Shown here in pieces: positions 1 to 7,463 of a DNA stretch of 17,577 nt. Within the stretch, counting starts at the first letter, position 1. Each line of letters begins with the position of its first letter. A model generated the notes under the pieces. It did no database searches. It worked only from the letters and a program-made list of their open reading frames with translations, and was not told the DNA's origin. The position numbers were made by a program, and so were the translations under genes. The stretch is taken from positions 1 through 17,577 of the forward strand of contig JAWANB010000016.1 of NCBI GenBank assembly GCA_038895675.1. The letters run 5' to 3'. Origin of the DNA: Candidatus Iainarchaeum sp. GTDB taxonomy: Archaea; Iainarchaeota; Iainarchaeia; Iainarchaeales; Iainarchaeaceae.

Positions 1-135
1 TTTAATTAAGTTGTTGAATTTGCGAATTTTGGTGTTTTTAATTTTTGTTCGGTAATCGACAGGTTTATATTATGTTGATTCGTTATACATAAGTTAATTT
101 TAATTTTTTAAAACAAGCATTACCGGAACTAAGGG

Positions 136-741
136 GTGTTTCATTTGGTTAAAGGTTATTTTATAAAATACAATTTTGTTTTGCCTGACAATGTTTCGCA
201 TTCTTCTTACACTTATCAAAAATTATTCAGAGCTATTTATGGTTATACTCAAAACGTCACAAAAAGCAACGGAAAAGTCTATAAGTACCATCGTAAGGGT
301 GTTTTGTCCGACATTCCTTTTATTAAAGCAGGTAAGAACGCGGTTATAATTCCTGAAAAGTCTTTTAATTCTTTAGACGTGTTTTTTAAGACTGGAAAAA
401 ACCCGTCGCATGTTTGGCGTGTAAAAGGGGATTGGAAAGCGACTTTTTATATGGATGAAAAAGAAGTTAGCGATCTTGATGCTATTAACGCTATTAAAAA
501 GCACATTTCAAGGATTTTTATTAAAGACGAAAACGCGTTTTTACCAAACCCTAAGAAAATTTTGGAAAAGAAAGCTAATAACGAGCCTATTTCGGACGAA
601 GTTTTATTTTCAGTAATTAATGAGGCACAAAAAATAACCAATAATGAATGGTTTAAGGTTTTATATCAAATTGACGAAGAATTAAAAGACTTTTATAATG
701 ATTTGAAGAGTTTAAAATCAATACAAAAACCAGTTATGTAG
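136..741 (+). CDS. Hypothetical protein; N-terminal half possibly Cas2/VapD-like. True start may be TTG at 145.
   Basis: 201-aa ORF with normal protein composition. GGGGTG (133-138) is a Shine-Dalgarno-like motif 6 nt before in-frame TTG 145. The fold suggestion comes from my recollection of the KLFRAIYGY...YHRKGVL...GKNAVII pattern and is unverified. Confidence 0.75.
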   Translation: MFHLVKGYFIKYNFVLPDNVSHSSYTYQKLFRAIYGYTQNVTKSNGKVYKYHRKGVLSDIPFIKAGKNAVIIPEKSFNSLDVFFKTGKNPSHVWRVKGDWKATFYMDEKEVSDLDAINAIKKHISRIFIKDENAFLPNPKKILEKKANNEPISDEVLFSVINEAQKITNNEWFKVLYQIDEELKDFYNDLKSLKSIQKPVM

Positions 742-1144
742 CTTTTACTTCTTCTTTTTCTTTTTCTGTTTTTTTTGTTTTTAATTTAATTAAAATTTCT
801 CTTTTTCTCCACTTTTTTTTATCACCAACACTTATACTTTCTAACAAGCCTATATCAACTAAAGTTTTTACATGTGGGTATAAACTTCTTTTATTTTTAT
901 AATCAACTCCGAAAAGCTCTTTTATTCTTCTTAATATTTCTTCCATTGGTATCCACTCTTCAAACCCAACTACTGTTAGTATGTGTGCAGCTTGGGTGTT
1001 TTCTGTTATTTTTAAATAATCCCATATTGAATGAATTTCTTCTATTTCTAATTCTTTATTTTCTTGTTTTTGTTGTGTTAGTTGTTGTTCTTCTTTTTTT
1101 TCTTTTTTGAATAATATTTCTTTTATTTTTTGGATTAGCCACAT
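734..1144 (-). CDS. Putative winged-helix DNA-binding protein
   Basis: 136-aa ORF. Helix-turn-helix plus wing-like segment (MEEILRRIKELFG...SLYPHVKTLVDIGLLESISVGDKKKWRK). AAGGGA precedes the ATG. Overlaps the convergent gene by 8 nt. Confidence 0.7.
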   Translation of the reverse strand: MWLIQKIKEILFKKEKKEEQQLTQQKQENKELEIEEIHSIWDYLKITENTQAAHILTVVGFEEWIPMEEILRRIKELFGVDYKNKRSLYPHVKTLVDIGLLESISVGDKKKWRKREILIKLKTKKTEKEKEEVKAT

Positions 1145-1187
1145 ATTGTTCCCTTTACTAAACTTTACTAAATATACTATCTTTTAT

Positions 1188-1201
1188 TATTTAAATTTTT
1201 A
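1188..1201 (-). promoter_or_regulatory. Candidate BRE/TATA promoter of the wHTH gene
   Basis: Minus strand reads AAAAA-TTTAAATA about 45 nt upstream of the ATG at 1144. The AT-rich context lowers specificity. Confidence 0.35.
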
Positions 1202-1206
1202 CTTTC

Positions 1207-1263
1207 TTTATAGTAATTACTTTTATTTTTTATTGTAATGATTAGTTTTTATAGTAATTACTA
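1207..1263. promoter_or_regulatory. Two copies of TTTATAGTAATTACT with palindromic core AGTAATTACT; candidate protein-binding boxes
   Basis: Identical 15-mers at 1207-1221 and 1248-1262, 41 bp apart. The second extends to the 12-bp palindrome TAGTAATTACTA (1252-1263). Confidence 0.55.
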
Positions 1264-1368
1264 ATTTATTCGTTCTTTAACGAAAAAAATTTAAAAATTA
1301 AAATAAAAAATTATTAACTAAATTAATAAAGAATAATATTAATTAATTAAAATTTAAATTTATAAATA

Positions 1369-1394
1369 AAAAATTGTTAATATTAACAATTTTT
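1369..1394. repeat. Perfect 26-bp palindrome AAAAATTGTTAATATTAACAATTTTT
   Basis: Checked base by base: 13 consecutive complementary pairs centred on 1381/1382, inside an almost pure A/T stretch. Confidence 0.9.
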
Positions 1395-1669
1395 AGATAT
1401 TTTTTTATAATTTAGCGAAAAGTAAATACTTTTTTTTGTTAGTTTGTTTGTAATTTTTTTTAATTATTTTTTTTCTTTTAGTTTTTATATACTTTCAAAG
1501 AATTAGTTTTTTCTGATTTTATGTAGCAAATACTTTAGTAACGTTTTTTACTTAGTTGTAAAGGTTATTGTGTATTTGTTTTGTTTTTTAATTTTATTTT
1601 TCTTTTATTAAAAAACTTCTAAAGAACTTTTTAATTTTAATTAGTGATTTTTAAAATTATACTTTTTAA

Positions 1670-1744
1670 TAGCGAGGGAAGGATTTGAACCTCCGACCTT
1701 CGGGTTATGAGCCCGACGGGCACTCCTGACTGCCCCACCTCGCT
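1670..1744 (-). tRNA. tRNA-Met initiator (CAU), no encoded CCA
   Basis: Reverse complement is AGCGAGGTGGGGCAGTCAGGAGTGCCCGTCGGGCTCATAACCCGAAGGTCGGAGGTTCAAATCCTTCCCTCGCTA. It has A1:U72, three consecutive G:C pairs in the anticodon stem and a CAT anticodon. Confidence 0.97.
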
Positions 1745-1916
1745 GTTTTTTTATTTATTACAATACTTTTATTAACCTTTTTTTCTATGAAAAAGCCTTT
1801 ATTATGCTTTTTTTTGGATTTTGAATTTTATTAAACCTTATTTTTCCTTTTTTTTCTTTTTTTAGAGTTTTTTTCAATTTTATTTTTTGTTTTTTATCTT
1901 GTCCTAATTTTCGTGT

Positions 1917-2450
1917 TTATTTTAGTTTGGTTAATTCTTCAACTTCTGTTTTTAGTTCTTGTAATTTTTTTTGTATTTCTTTGAGTTTCTTTTTTTTATC
2001 TATTAATTTAAGTGGCTTGCCTGTTTGTGGGCAAATAAAATTGTATTCTGCTGCTATTTCAAACGGGTATTCTGCTAAATCTTTGCCTGCTGAATAAAAA
2101 TCGTGTGTTCCTAAATAGTATGCCTCTTTTTCTAATTTATTTATTTCTTCTGTTCTTTTTTCTATTATTAATTCTGCTATTCTTTTTGGGCTTATTTCCC
2201 ATGTGTATGTGTACCAACCTGTTTTGTTATTTTTTGTTTTTTGGTAACAGGCTATGCCTCTATAATGTAGCCTATTTAGTATTGCTCTTATTTCTGTTAT
2301 TTTTAGGTTTTCTAGTTTTTTTCCTATTTCTTCATCTCCTATTGGTTTGTTTTTTTGTAAGCATATTTCAACTAATTTCGGTGCGTATTCGCCGCCTACT
2401 GATTGGAGAAATTGTTTTACTATTTCATATTCATATATTTTCTTTTGCAT
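1917..2450 (-). CDS. tfe: Archaeal transcription factor E (TFE/TFIIE-alpha)
   Basis: wHTH region GDEEIGKKL...EIRAILNRLHYRGI...KTGWYTYTW, then zinc-ribbon-like YPFEIAAEYNFICPQTGKPL and a C-terminal coiled coil. ATG at 2450 (GAGG upstream) preferred over TTG at 2492. Confidence 0.9.
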   Translation of the reverse strand: MQKKIYEYEIVKQFLQSVGGEYAPKLVEICLQKNKPIGDEEIGKKLENLKITEIRAILNRLHYRGIACYQKTKNNKTGWYTYTWEISPKRIAELIIEKRTEEINKLEKEAYYLGTHDFYSAGKDLAEYPFEIAAEYNFICPQTGKPLKLIDKKKKLKEIQKKLQELKTEVEELTKLK

Positions 2451-2529
2451 GAAAAATAATCTTCCTCTTATAGGGTTTTTAAATAATGCCAATTGTTTTT
2501 TTGTTTGGTCTTTTGTTTTTTTTGAGTTG

Positions 2530-2571
2530 GTGTTTTTTGTTGTTGTGCTTTTTTTATTTTGTTTTTTTTTT
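2530..2571 (+). repeat. Interspersed T-tract repeat, copy 1 (5'-truncated)
   Basis: GTG-Tn-GTTGTTGTGC-Tn-ATTTTG-Tn, matching the other copies. Confidence 0.75.
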
Positions 2572-2680
2572 GTTTTTAAGTCTTTTTAGCGTTTTTTTTT
2601 TCGTAGTTTTTTTTGGCTTTTTTTTGTTTTTTTTCTTTTGGGTTATATTTTATATTATAGTTTGTAGTATTTTTTGTTCT

Positions 2681-4849
2681 ATGAGATTGGTTTTTTTTGT
2701 TTTGGCGTGTTTTGTTTTTTTTAGTGTTGTTTTTGCGGATGTTCCTGTTTTGACTAGTTTTTCTCATGTTGATAATAAGTGGGTTCGTTCCAGTTATATA
2801 TCTGGGAAGGTTTCTTTTCCTAATGCTATTGAGTTTGCTTATGTTATTGATAAGTTTCCTGACACTATTCCCGAAGTTGGTAAAGAAAATGTTGTTGTGA
2901 TTAAGCCTTCTAATTATTCTGTTTCTTTTGGTTCTAAAGTTGATGGTGTTTATTATTTTCATATTCGTGCTAGAACTTCTTCTGGTTGGAGTGATACTAA
3001 GCATGTTAAATTGATGATTGATACTACTCCGCCTTCATCTGTTGGTAAACCTGAGGTTGTTGCTTTGGAAGACGGCACTATTAATATTGAGTGGGCCCCT
3101 TCTACTGATGTTGCTTCTGGTTTGCGTGGTTATGATGTTTATCGTTCTAATTTACGTTTTGTTAAAGACGGTGAGCTTTTCCGTGATTTTAGAATTGATG
3201 ATCCTACCACCATTAAAGTGGCTTCTAATTTGAAGTCAACTTCTTTTCATGATACTAATGTAATGGTCGGCAAGGGTTTTTATTATCATTATCGTGTTGT
3301 TGCTGTGGATGATGCTAATAACGTTAGTAATCCTAGTCCTATTGCTTCTGTCAAGGCTGCTTCTTTTTGTGATTTTATTCCTTCTATAACTGTTTCTAAG
3401 CTTGACAAAAACGTGCTTGTTTCTGTTGTTTCTTCTTCTAATTTTATTGATGGTAAGTTGTTGGTCATTTCTCCTACTGGTAAAGAAATTATTTTGGGTA
3501 ATAACATTGATGGAAAATTTTTTGATGCTAATTTTTCTTTTGTTGGTTTAGAAGATGGCGATTATAATTTTTTCTTTTCTTCTAAGGATAATAGGCTAAA
3601 TAATTGTAATGCACAAAAATCTTATTTTTATGATACTATTTCGCCTGAGGTAAAAATTATTTCTCCCCCTCATACTATGGAGCTTTCTAATGTTGTGCGT
3701 TTTGTTTTTGTGGCTTCTGATTCTGGTGTTAGGCCTTCTGGCGTTAAAGAAGTCTCTTTGTTTATTGTGAAGGATTCTAACGAGATTAAAATTGGTTCTG
3801 CTTCATTTGTTGATAATAAGTATGTTTTTGATTGGAATACTATTAATTTTGATAATGGTAGATTTGTCGTAATTGCTCGTGTTATTGATAATGTTGGTAA
3901 TGTTGGTGAGGATTCGAAAGTTTATAGTATTAAAAATACTTTTTTTGCTCGTGTTGGTGCTGAGGCTTCTATTTCTTCTGCAGAGGCTTTGAGGAAGGAT
4001 GTTAATAAGACTTTTGTTTTGTTGTCTAATCTTGGTATAGATACTTCTGATTTGAATGCTTTGATTTTTCGTGCTGATTCTAATCTTTCTGAAGCTAAGG
4101 TTCTTTTGGCTAAAGGTGTTAGGTTTGATGAAGTTTCTGCTTTATCTTCTTCTGCTTTTAAGGATTATAATTCTGTTCTTTCTGTTCAAGTAGTTTCTTA
4201 TGGTGTTGGTAGTGCTAAGTATGAGTTGCCTCAATTTGAGGTTTTGTTTAAGGGCGCTGGTTTTAGTGATAAATTAATTAGTGATTCTTTGGATTTGACT
4301 AAAAAGGTTTTGCCTTCCCGTAAGGTTCATGTTAAGAAGGTTATTTTGCCTAAAAAGGTTATTTATAGGGCTTTTGTAGAAATTTCTTTTTCTAAGTCTG
4401 ACTTTAATTTTTCCAATGGTGGTTTTTTTGTTGTTGAGAGCATTCCTAAAAATTTTATTAGAGATTCTAGCGAGTTATTTTCTCTTTCCAAGTTCGTTGT
4501 TTTAGAGGAAGATCCTGTTGTTGCTTTTTTTGTTGATTCTAACGCTAATTCTGTTTCTTATTCTTTGGATGTTGATCTTAACAAGTCTCAGGCAGATGCT
4601 CTTTTGAGTTCTAAGGTTTGGGCTCTTTATGATAGTCCTCCTTTGGTTTTGGATAAGGATCCTAAACCTTATTTTCAAAAAGGAGTTTTGTCTGATTTGC
4701 CTAGTTTGTCTAATGTTGATGTAAAGTCTGATAGCAAGGTTTTGTTGGTTGGTGGTTTTGCTGCTTTGGTTTTGTTTTTTATTGTTTTTTTGATTGTTGT
4801 TGTCGTTGGTTTGATTGCTTACTTTGTTTTTTTTAAGAAGAAGGTTTGA
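2681..4849 (+). CDS. Membrane-anchored cell-surface protein with FN3 and Ig-like domains (~722 aa)
   Basis: Signal peptide MRLVFFVLACFVFFSVVFA-D from ATG 2681; the upstream extension to 2486 is poly-T noise. FN3 pattern (DTTPP...IEWAPSTD...GYDVYRS...YHYRVVAVD), Ig-like repeat (DTISPEVKIISP...FDWNT...NGRFVVIARVIDNVGN), and a C-terminal TM helix followed by KKKV. Confidence 0.85.
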   Translation: MRLVFFVLACFVFFSVVFADVPVLTSFSHVDNKWVRSSYISGKVSFPNAIEFAYVIDKFPDTIPEVGKENVVVIKPSNYSVSFGSKVDGVYYFHIRARTSSGWSDTKHVKLMIDTTPPSSVGKPEVVALEDGTINIEWAPSTDVASGLRGYDVYRSNLRFVKDGELFRDFRIDDPTTIKVASNLKSTSFHDTNVMVGKGFYYHYRVVAVDDANNVSNPSPIASVKAASFCDFIPSITVSKLDKNVLVSVVSSSNFIDGKLLVISPTGKEIILGNNIDGKFFDANFSFVGLEDGDYNFFFSSKDNRLNNCNAQKSYFYDTISPEVKIISPPHTMELSNVVRFVFVASDSGVRPSGVKEVSLFIVKDSNEIKIGSASFVDNKYVFDWNTINFDNGRFVVIARVIDNVGNVGEDSKVYSIKNTFFARVGAEASISSAEALRKDVNKTFVLLSNLGIDTSDLNALIFRADSNLSEAKVLLAKGVRFDEVSALSSSAFKDYNSVLSVQVVSYGVGSAKYELPQFEVLFKGAGFSDKLISDSLDLTKKVLPSRKVHVKKVILPKKVIYRAFVEISFSKSDFNFSNGGFFVVESIPKNFIRDSSELFSLSKFVVLEEDPVVAFFVDSNANSVSYSLDVDLNKSQADALLSSKVWALYDSPPLVLDKDPKPYFQKGVLSDLPSLSNVDVKSDSKVLLVGGFAALVLFFIVFLIVVVVGLIAYFVFFKKKV

Positions 4850-5085
4850 TTTTTTTTGTAGTTTTGCTTTTTTTGTTTGTTGGTCGTGTTTTTTTTTGTT
4901 GTTGTGCTTTTTTTTATTTTGTTTTTTTTTTGGTTTGTTTGAGCAGAAATCATTTTTGTTTTTTTTAAGGTCGTTGGCTTGTTTTGATAGGCAAAGTCAA
5001 TTTTTTTGTTTTCTTTTTTTTTGTAACTTTTGTTTGATTTAAAAGTCATTTCTACAGAGCCTTGTAAAGTGTTTGATTTTATTTT
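4797..5085 (+). repeat. 289-bp direct repeat, copy A. Includes the 3' end of the surface-protein gene and T-tract repeat copy 2 (4875-4931).
   Basis: Aligns to 11441-11729 with 2 substitutions and four single-base T-run length differences. Confidence 0.95.
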
Positions 5086-5164
5086 ATTATTTTTTTTGTG
5101 TTTTCGTTAGTGTTTTATTTGTGTTGTTTTTAATTGTTTTTTAGGATTTTTTTTAGGTGGTTTT

Positions 5165-6220
5165 TTGGTTTCTTTTGATGAGTATTTGGGAATGATTGTT
5201 AAGGCTGTTGATGTTGAGATAGAGCGTTTTTTTCCTCGTTCTTTGTCTTCTTCTTGGGTTTCTTCTAATCTTGGTGAGTTAGAGTTTGATTTGGATGTCA
5301 AGGCTTTGAATAGTGCTATTTCTGTTCCTGTTTATGATTTTCTTGATAGGGGTGGTAAGCGTTGGCGTGCTGCTCTTTGTGTTTTGTTTTGTGAGGCTTT
5401 TGGCGGTAAGTTTGGTGATTGTGTAAGGTTTGCTGTTATTCCTGAGCTTGTTCATAATGGTACTATCATGGTTGATGATGTTGAGGATAATTCTGTTTTG
5501 CGTAGAGGTAAGCCTGCTTCGCATTTGGTTTTTGGTGTTGATGTTGCTGTGAATGCTGCTAATGCTCTTTATTATTTGCCTTTGGTTGTTTTGTTTAATT
5601 CTGATTTGAGTTCTTCTAAAAAGTCTGCTATTTATGATTCTTATTCTAAGCATTTGTTGCGTTTGTCTTTTGGTCAGGCTTTGGATATTGCTTGGCATAA
5701 GTCTGATAAAGTCCCTTCTGAGAGGGAGTATTTGCAGATGTGTGTTTATAAGACTGGTTCTTTAGCTGCTTTTGCTGCTGAGCTTGGTGCTATTGTTGCA
5801 GGTGCTCCTAAGAGGCATTTTTCTGTTGTTTCTTCTTTTGCTTCTTCTTTGGGTGTCGCTTTTCAAATTTATGATGATGTTCTTAACATTGCGCCTAAGA
5901 GTGGTGTTTGGGGTAAAGAAGTAGGTGATGATATTAAGGAGGGTAAAAAGACTTTGCTGGTTATTCATGCTTTGAAAAATTTGCCTAAGGGTGATGCTGA
6001 GAAGCTTTTAAGTATTTTGTCTCTTGGTTCTAAGTCTGACGATGATGTGAAGGTTGCTATTCGTTTGATAGAGTCTGCTGGTTCTATAGATTATGCTTTG
6101 GCTAAGGCTAATCATATTTTGTCTTCTTCTTGGCTTGAATTGGATAAGGTTTTGAGGCCTTCTGTTGCCAAGTCTTTGTTAAGGGATTTTGCGGATTTTA
6201 TGGTTAAACGTAAGTTGTAG
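5165..6220 (+). CDS. Trans-isoprenyl diphosphate synthase (polyprenyl synthetase, GGPP synthase-like)
   Basis: GGKRWR, first Asp-rich motif DDVED..LRRG, GQALD, KTG, second motif FQIYDD, and DIKEGKKT. AGGTGG Shine-Dalgarno motif before the TTG start. Confidence 0.93.
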   Translation: MVSFDEYLGMIVKAVDVEIERFFPRSLSSSWVSSNLGELEFDLDVKALNSAISVPVYDFLDRGGKRWRAALCVLFCEAFGGKFGDCVRFAVIPELVHNGTIMVDDVEDNSVLRRGKPASHLVFGVDVAVNAANALYYLPLVVLFNSDLSSSKKSAIYDSYSKHLLRLSFGQALDIAWHKSDKVPSEREYLQMCVYKTGSLAAFAAELGAIVAGAPKRHFSVVSSFASSLGVAFQIYDDVLNIAPKSGVWGKEVGDDIKEGKKTLLVIHALKNLPKGDAEKLLSILSLGSKSDDDVKVAIRLIESAGSIDYALAKANHILSSSWLELDKVLRPSVAKSLLRDFADFMVKRKL

Positions 6221-6277
6221 TTTTAGTAGGTTAAAAGCAAAACATAAAAAAGCCTCACATCAAAAAACTAAATGCGA

Positions 6278-6351
6278 GGGCCTGTAGCTCAGCCTGGTAG
6301 AGCACCGGCCTTTTAAGCCGGCTGTCGGGGGTTCAAATCCCCCCAGGCTCG
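6278..6351 (+). tRNA. tRNA-Lys (UUU)
   Basis: GGGCCTG/CAGGCTC acceptor stem, CCGGC-CTTTTAA-GCCGG anticodon arm, GGGGG-TTCAAAT-CCCCC T arm, discriminator G73. Confidence 0.97.
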
Positions 6352-6401
6352 CTTTGTCTTTTGTCAATCATTTTTTATTTTTTTAATTATTTTAGTCATG
6401 A

Positions 6402-6475
6402 GGGGCTATAGCTCAGCCTGGTAGAGCACCTGCCTCTTAAGCAGGCCGTCGTGGGTTCAAATCCCACTAGCCTCG
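6402..6475 (+). tRNA. tRNA-Lys (CUU)
   Basis: GGGGCTA/TAGCCTC acceptor stem, CCTGC-CTCTTAA-GCAGG anticodon arm, GTGGG-TTCAAAT-CCCAC T arm, discriminator G73. Confidence 0.97.
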
Positions 6476-6523
6476 CCTTAGACAAAGCTATTTTAAAAAC
6501 TATTCAAGTCTTTGTTTTTTGAA

Positions 6524-6680
6524 GAGGAAGTAGCTCAGCCTGGGAGAGCACTCGACGGAATAAAGCGTCTTTTTATGGCTTTGTCCGGGTGAAGCTGAAG
6601 ATGGAACAACAGAGTTGTTGTTAATCTTCGTTGCTCCCTCGGCTACCGAGGTGTCGCGGGTTCAAATCCCGCCTTCCTCA
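6524..6680 (+). tRNA. tRNA-Phe (GAA) with two introns: 6555-6593 (position 30/31) and 6601-6644 (position 37/38)
   Basis: Exons 6524-6554, 6594-6600 and 6645-6680 join into a cloverleaf with GAGGAAG/CTTCCTC acceptor stem and CTCGG-CTGAAGA-CCGAG anticodon arm. Both introns form bulge-helix-bulge-type motifs. Confidence 0.9.
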
Positions 6681-6884
6681 ATTTTTTTTGTTTCTTTGTC
6701 GTTGTTTATTTTTTCACTTGTTTTTGTTTTGGTATGTTTTTTTGTTCTTTGTGTTATTTTTTGTTTTTCGGCCGTTATGTGTTTGTAAGTTTTTTTTGTC
6801 TTTTTTTGATTTTTTTTAATTAGGTTTTTTTTGTGTTATTTATTTTTGGTTTTTAGTTTTTGTTTTTTTTGTTCGAAGTATTTT

Positions 6885-7409
6885 TTATGTTTTTTTCAGG
6901 ATTTTTTTTCCTTTTGGTGTTGGTATGATTTTGATTTTTCCGTTAAATTGTTTTGTTAATTCTTTGCCTTCTTGTACTCTGTCTAGGAAGACTGCTAATG
7001 CTGCTATTTCAGAGTGTGGTTGTGTTGTTATTGAAATATTATAGTCTGACATTTCGTAGACTTCTCTTTCAACTTTTTGTGAACCTATTATAACTAGTAT
7101 GTTTTTTTTGGTTTTAATTTCTTTTTCTATTTCTTGTATTGGTATTCCGTACATTGTCAGGTGTATTATTGTAAAGCCAAGTTTTTTGTAAAACTTTAGT
7201 CTTTCTTTCCAATTTTCAAAAAATTCTATTTTGCAAGTGTCGCCCCATTTTTCATTAATGCTTGTTAGTGTTTCTATTATTTTTGTGTCTTTTTCTCCTA
7301 TAATTTCTATTTTTTCTACTCCAAATGCTCTTGCTACTAAGCAGCAGTGGCTTGTCACCCTAAAGTCTCTTACGTGTCTATGTCCATATCTTAAAACATT
7401 TATTTTCAT
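6885..7409 (-). CDS. trm56: tRNA (cytidine(56)-2'-O)-methyltransferase (archaeal SPOUT family)
   Basis: LRYGHRHVRDFRVTSHCCLVARAFG, HLTMYG, IGSQKV, and DYNISITTQPHSEIAALAVFLDR. Confidence 0.95.
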   Translation of the reverse strand: MKINVLRYGHRHVRDFRVTSHCCLVARAFGVEKIEIIGEKDTKIIETLTSINEKWGDTCKIEFFENWKERLKFYKKLGFTIIHLTMYGIPIQEIEKEIKTKKNILVIIGSQKVEREVYEMSDYNISITTQPHSEIAALAVFLDRVQEGKELTKQFNGKIKIIPTPKGKKILKKT

Positions 7410-7463
7410 TATTAATGCGAGTGTGAACAGCTTTTTATTATTTAATGGTATTTACTTTAGTAC

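Noticed and set aside
1670..1744. tRNA-iMet 3' end as the att site of an integrated element to its left
   Set aside because: No duplicated tRNA 3' fragment or integrase is visible in 1-1669. Sequence beyond the window cannot be assessed.
2486..2680. 65-aa N-terminal extension of the 787-aa ORF
   Set aside because: Poly-Phe translation of a T-rich spacer that contains a repeat copy. The signal peptide starts at ATG 2681.
5048..5070. ATTTCTAC...TGTA hairpin resembling a Cas12a CRISPR repeat (also at ~11692-11714)
   Set aside because: The 3' arm is not GTAGAT, there is no repeat-spacer periodicity and no cas genes, and the two copies are simply part of the 289-bp duplication.
6551..6570. Reading the third tRNA with anticodon GAA or GGA directly after CTCGAC, or as a single-intron tRNA or pseudogene
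   Set aside because: CTCGA does not pair fully with CCGAG and the loop would lack U33. The two-intron model gives a perfect arm and two BHB-type motifs.
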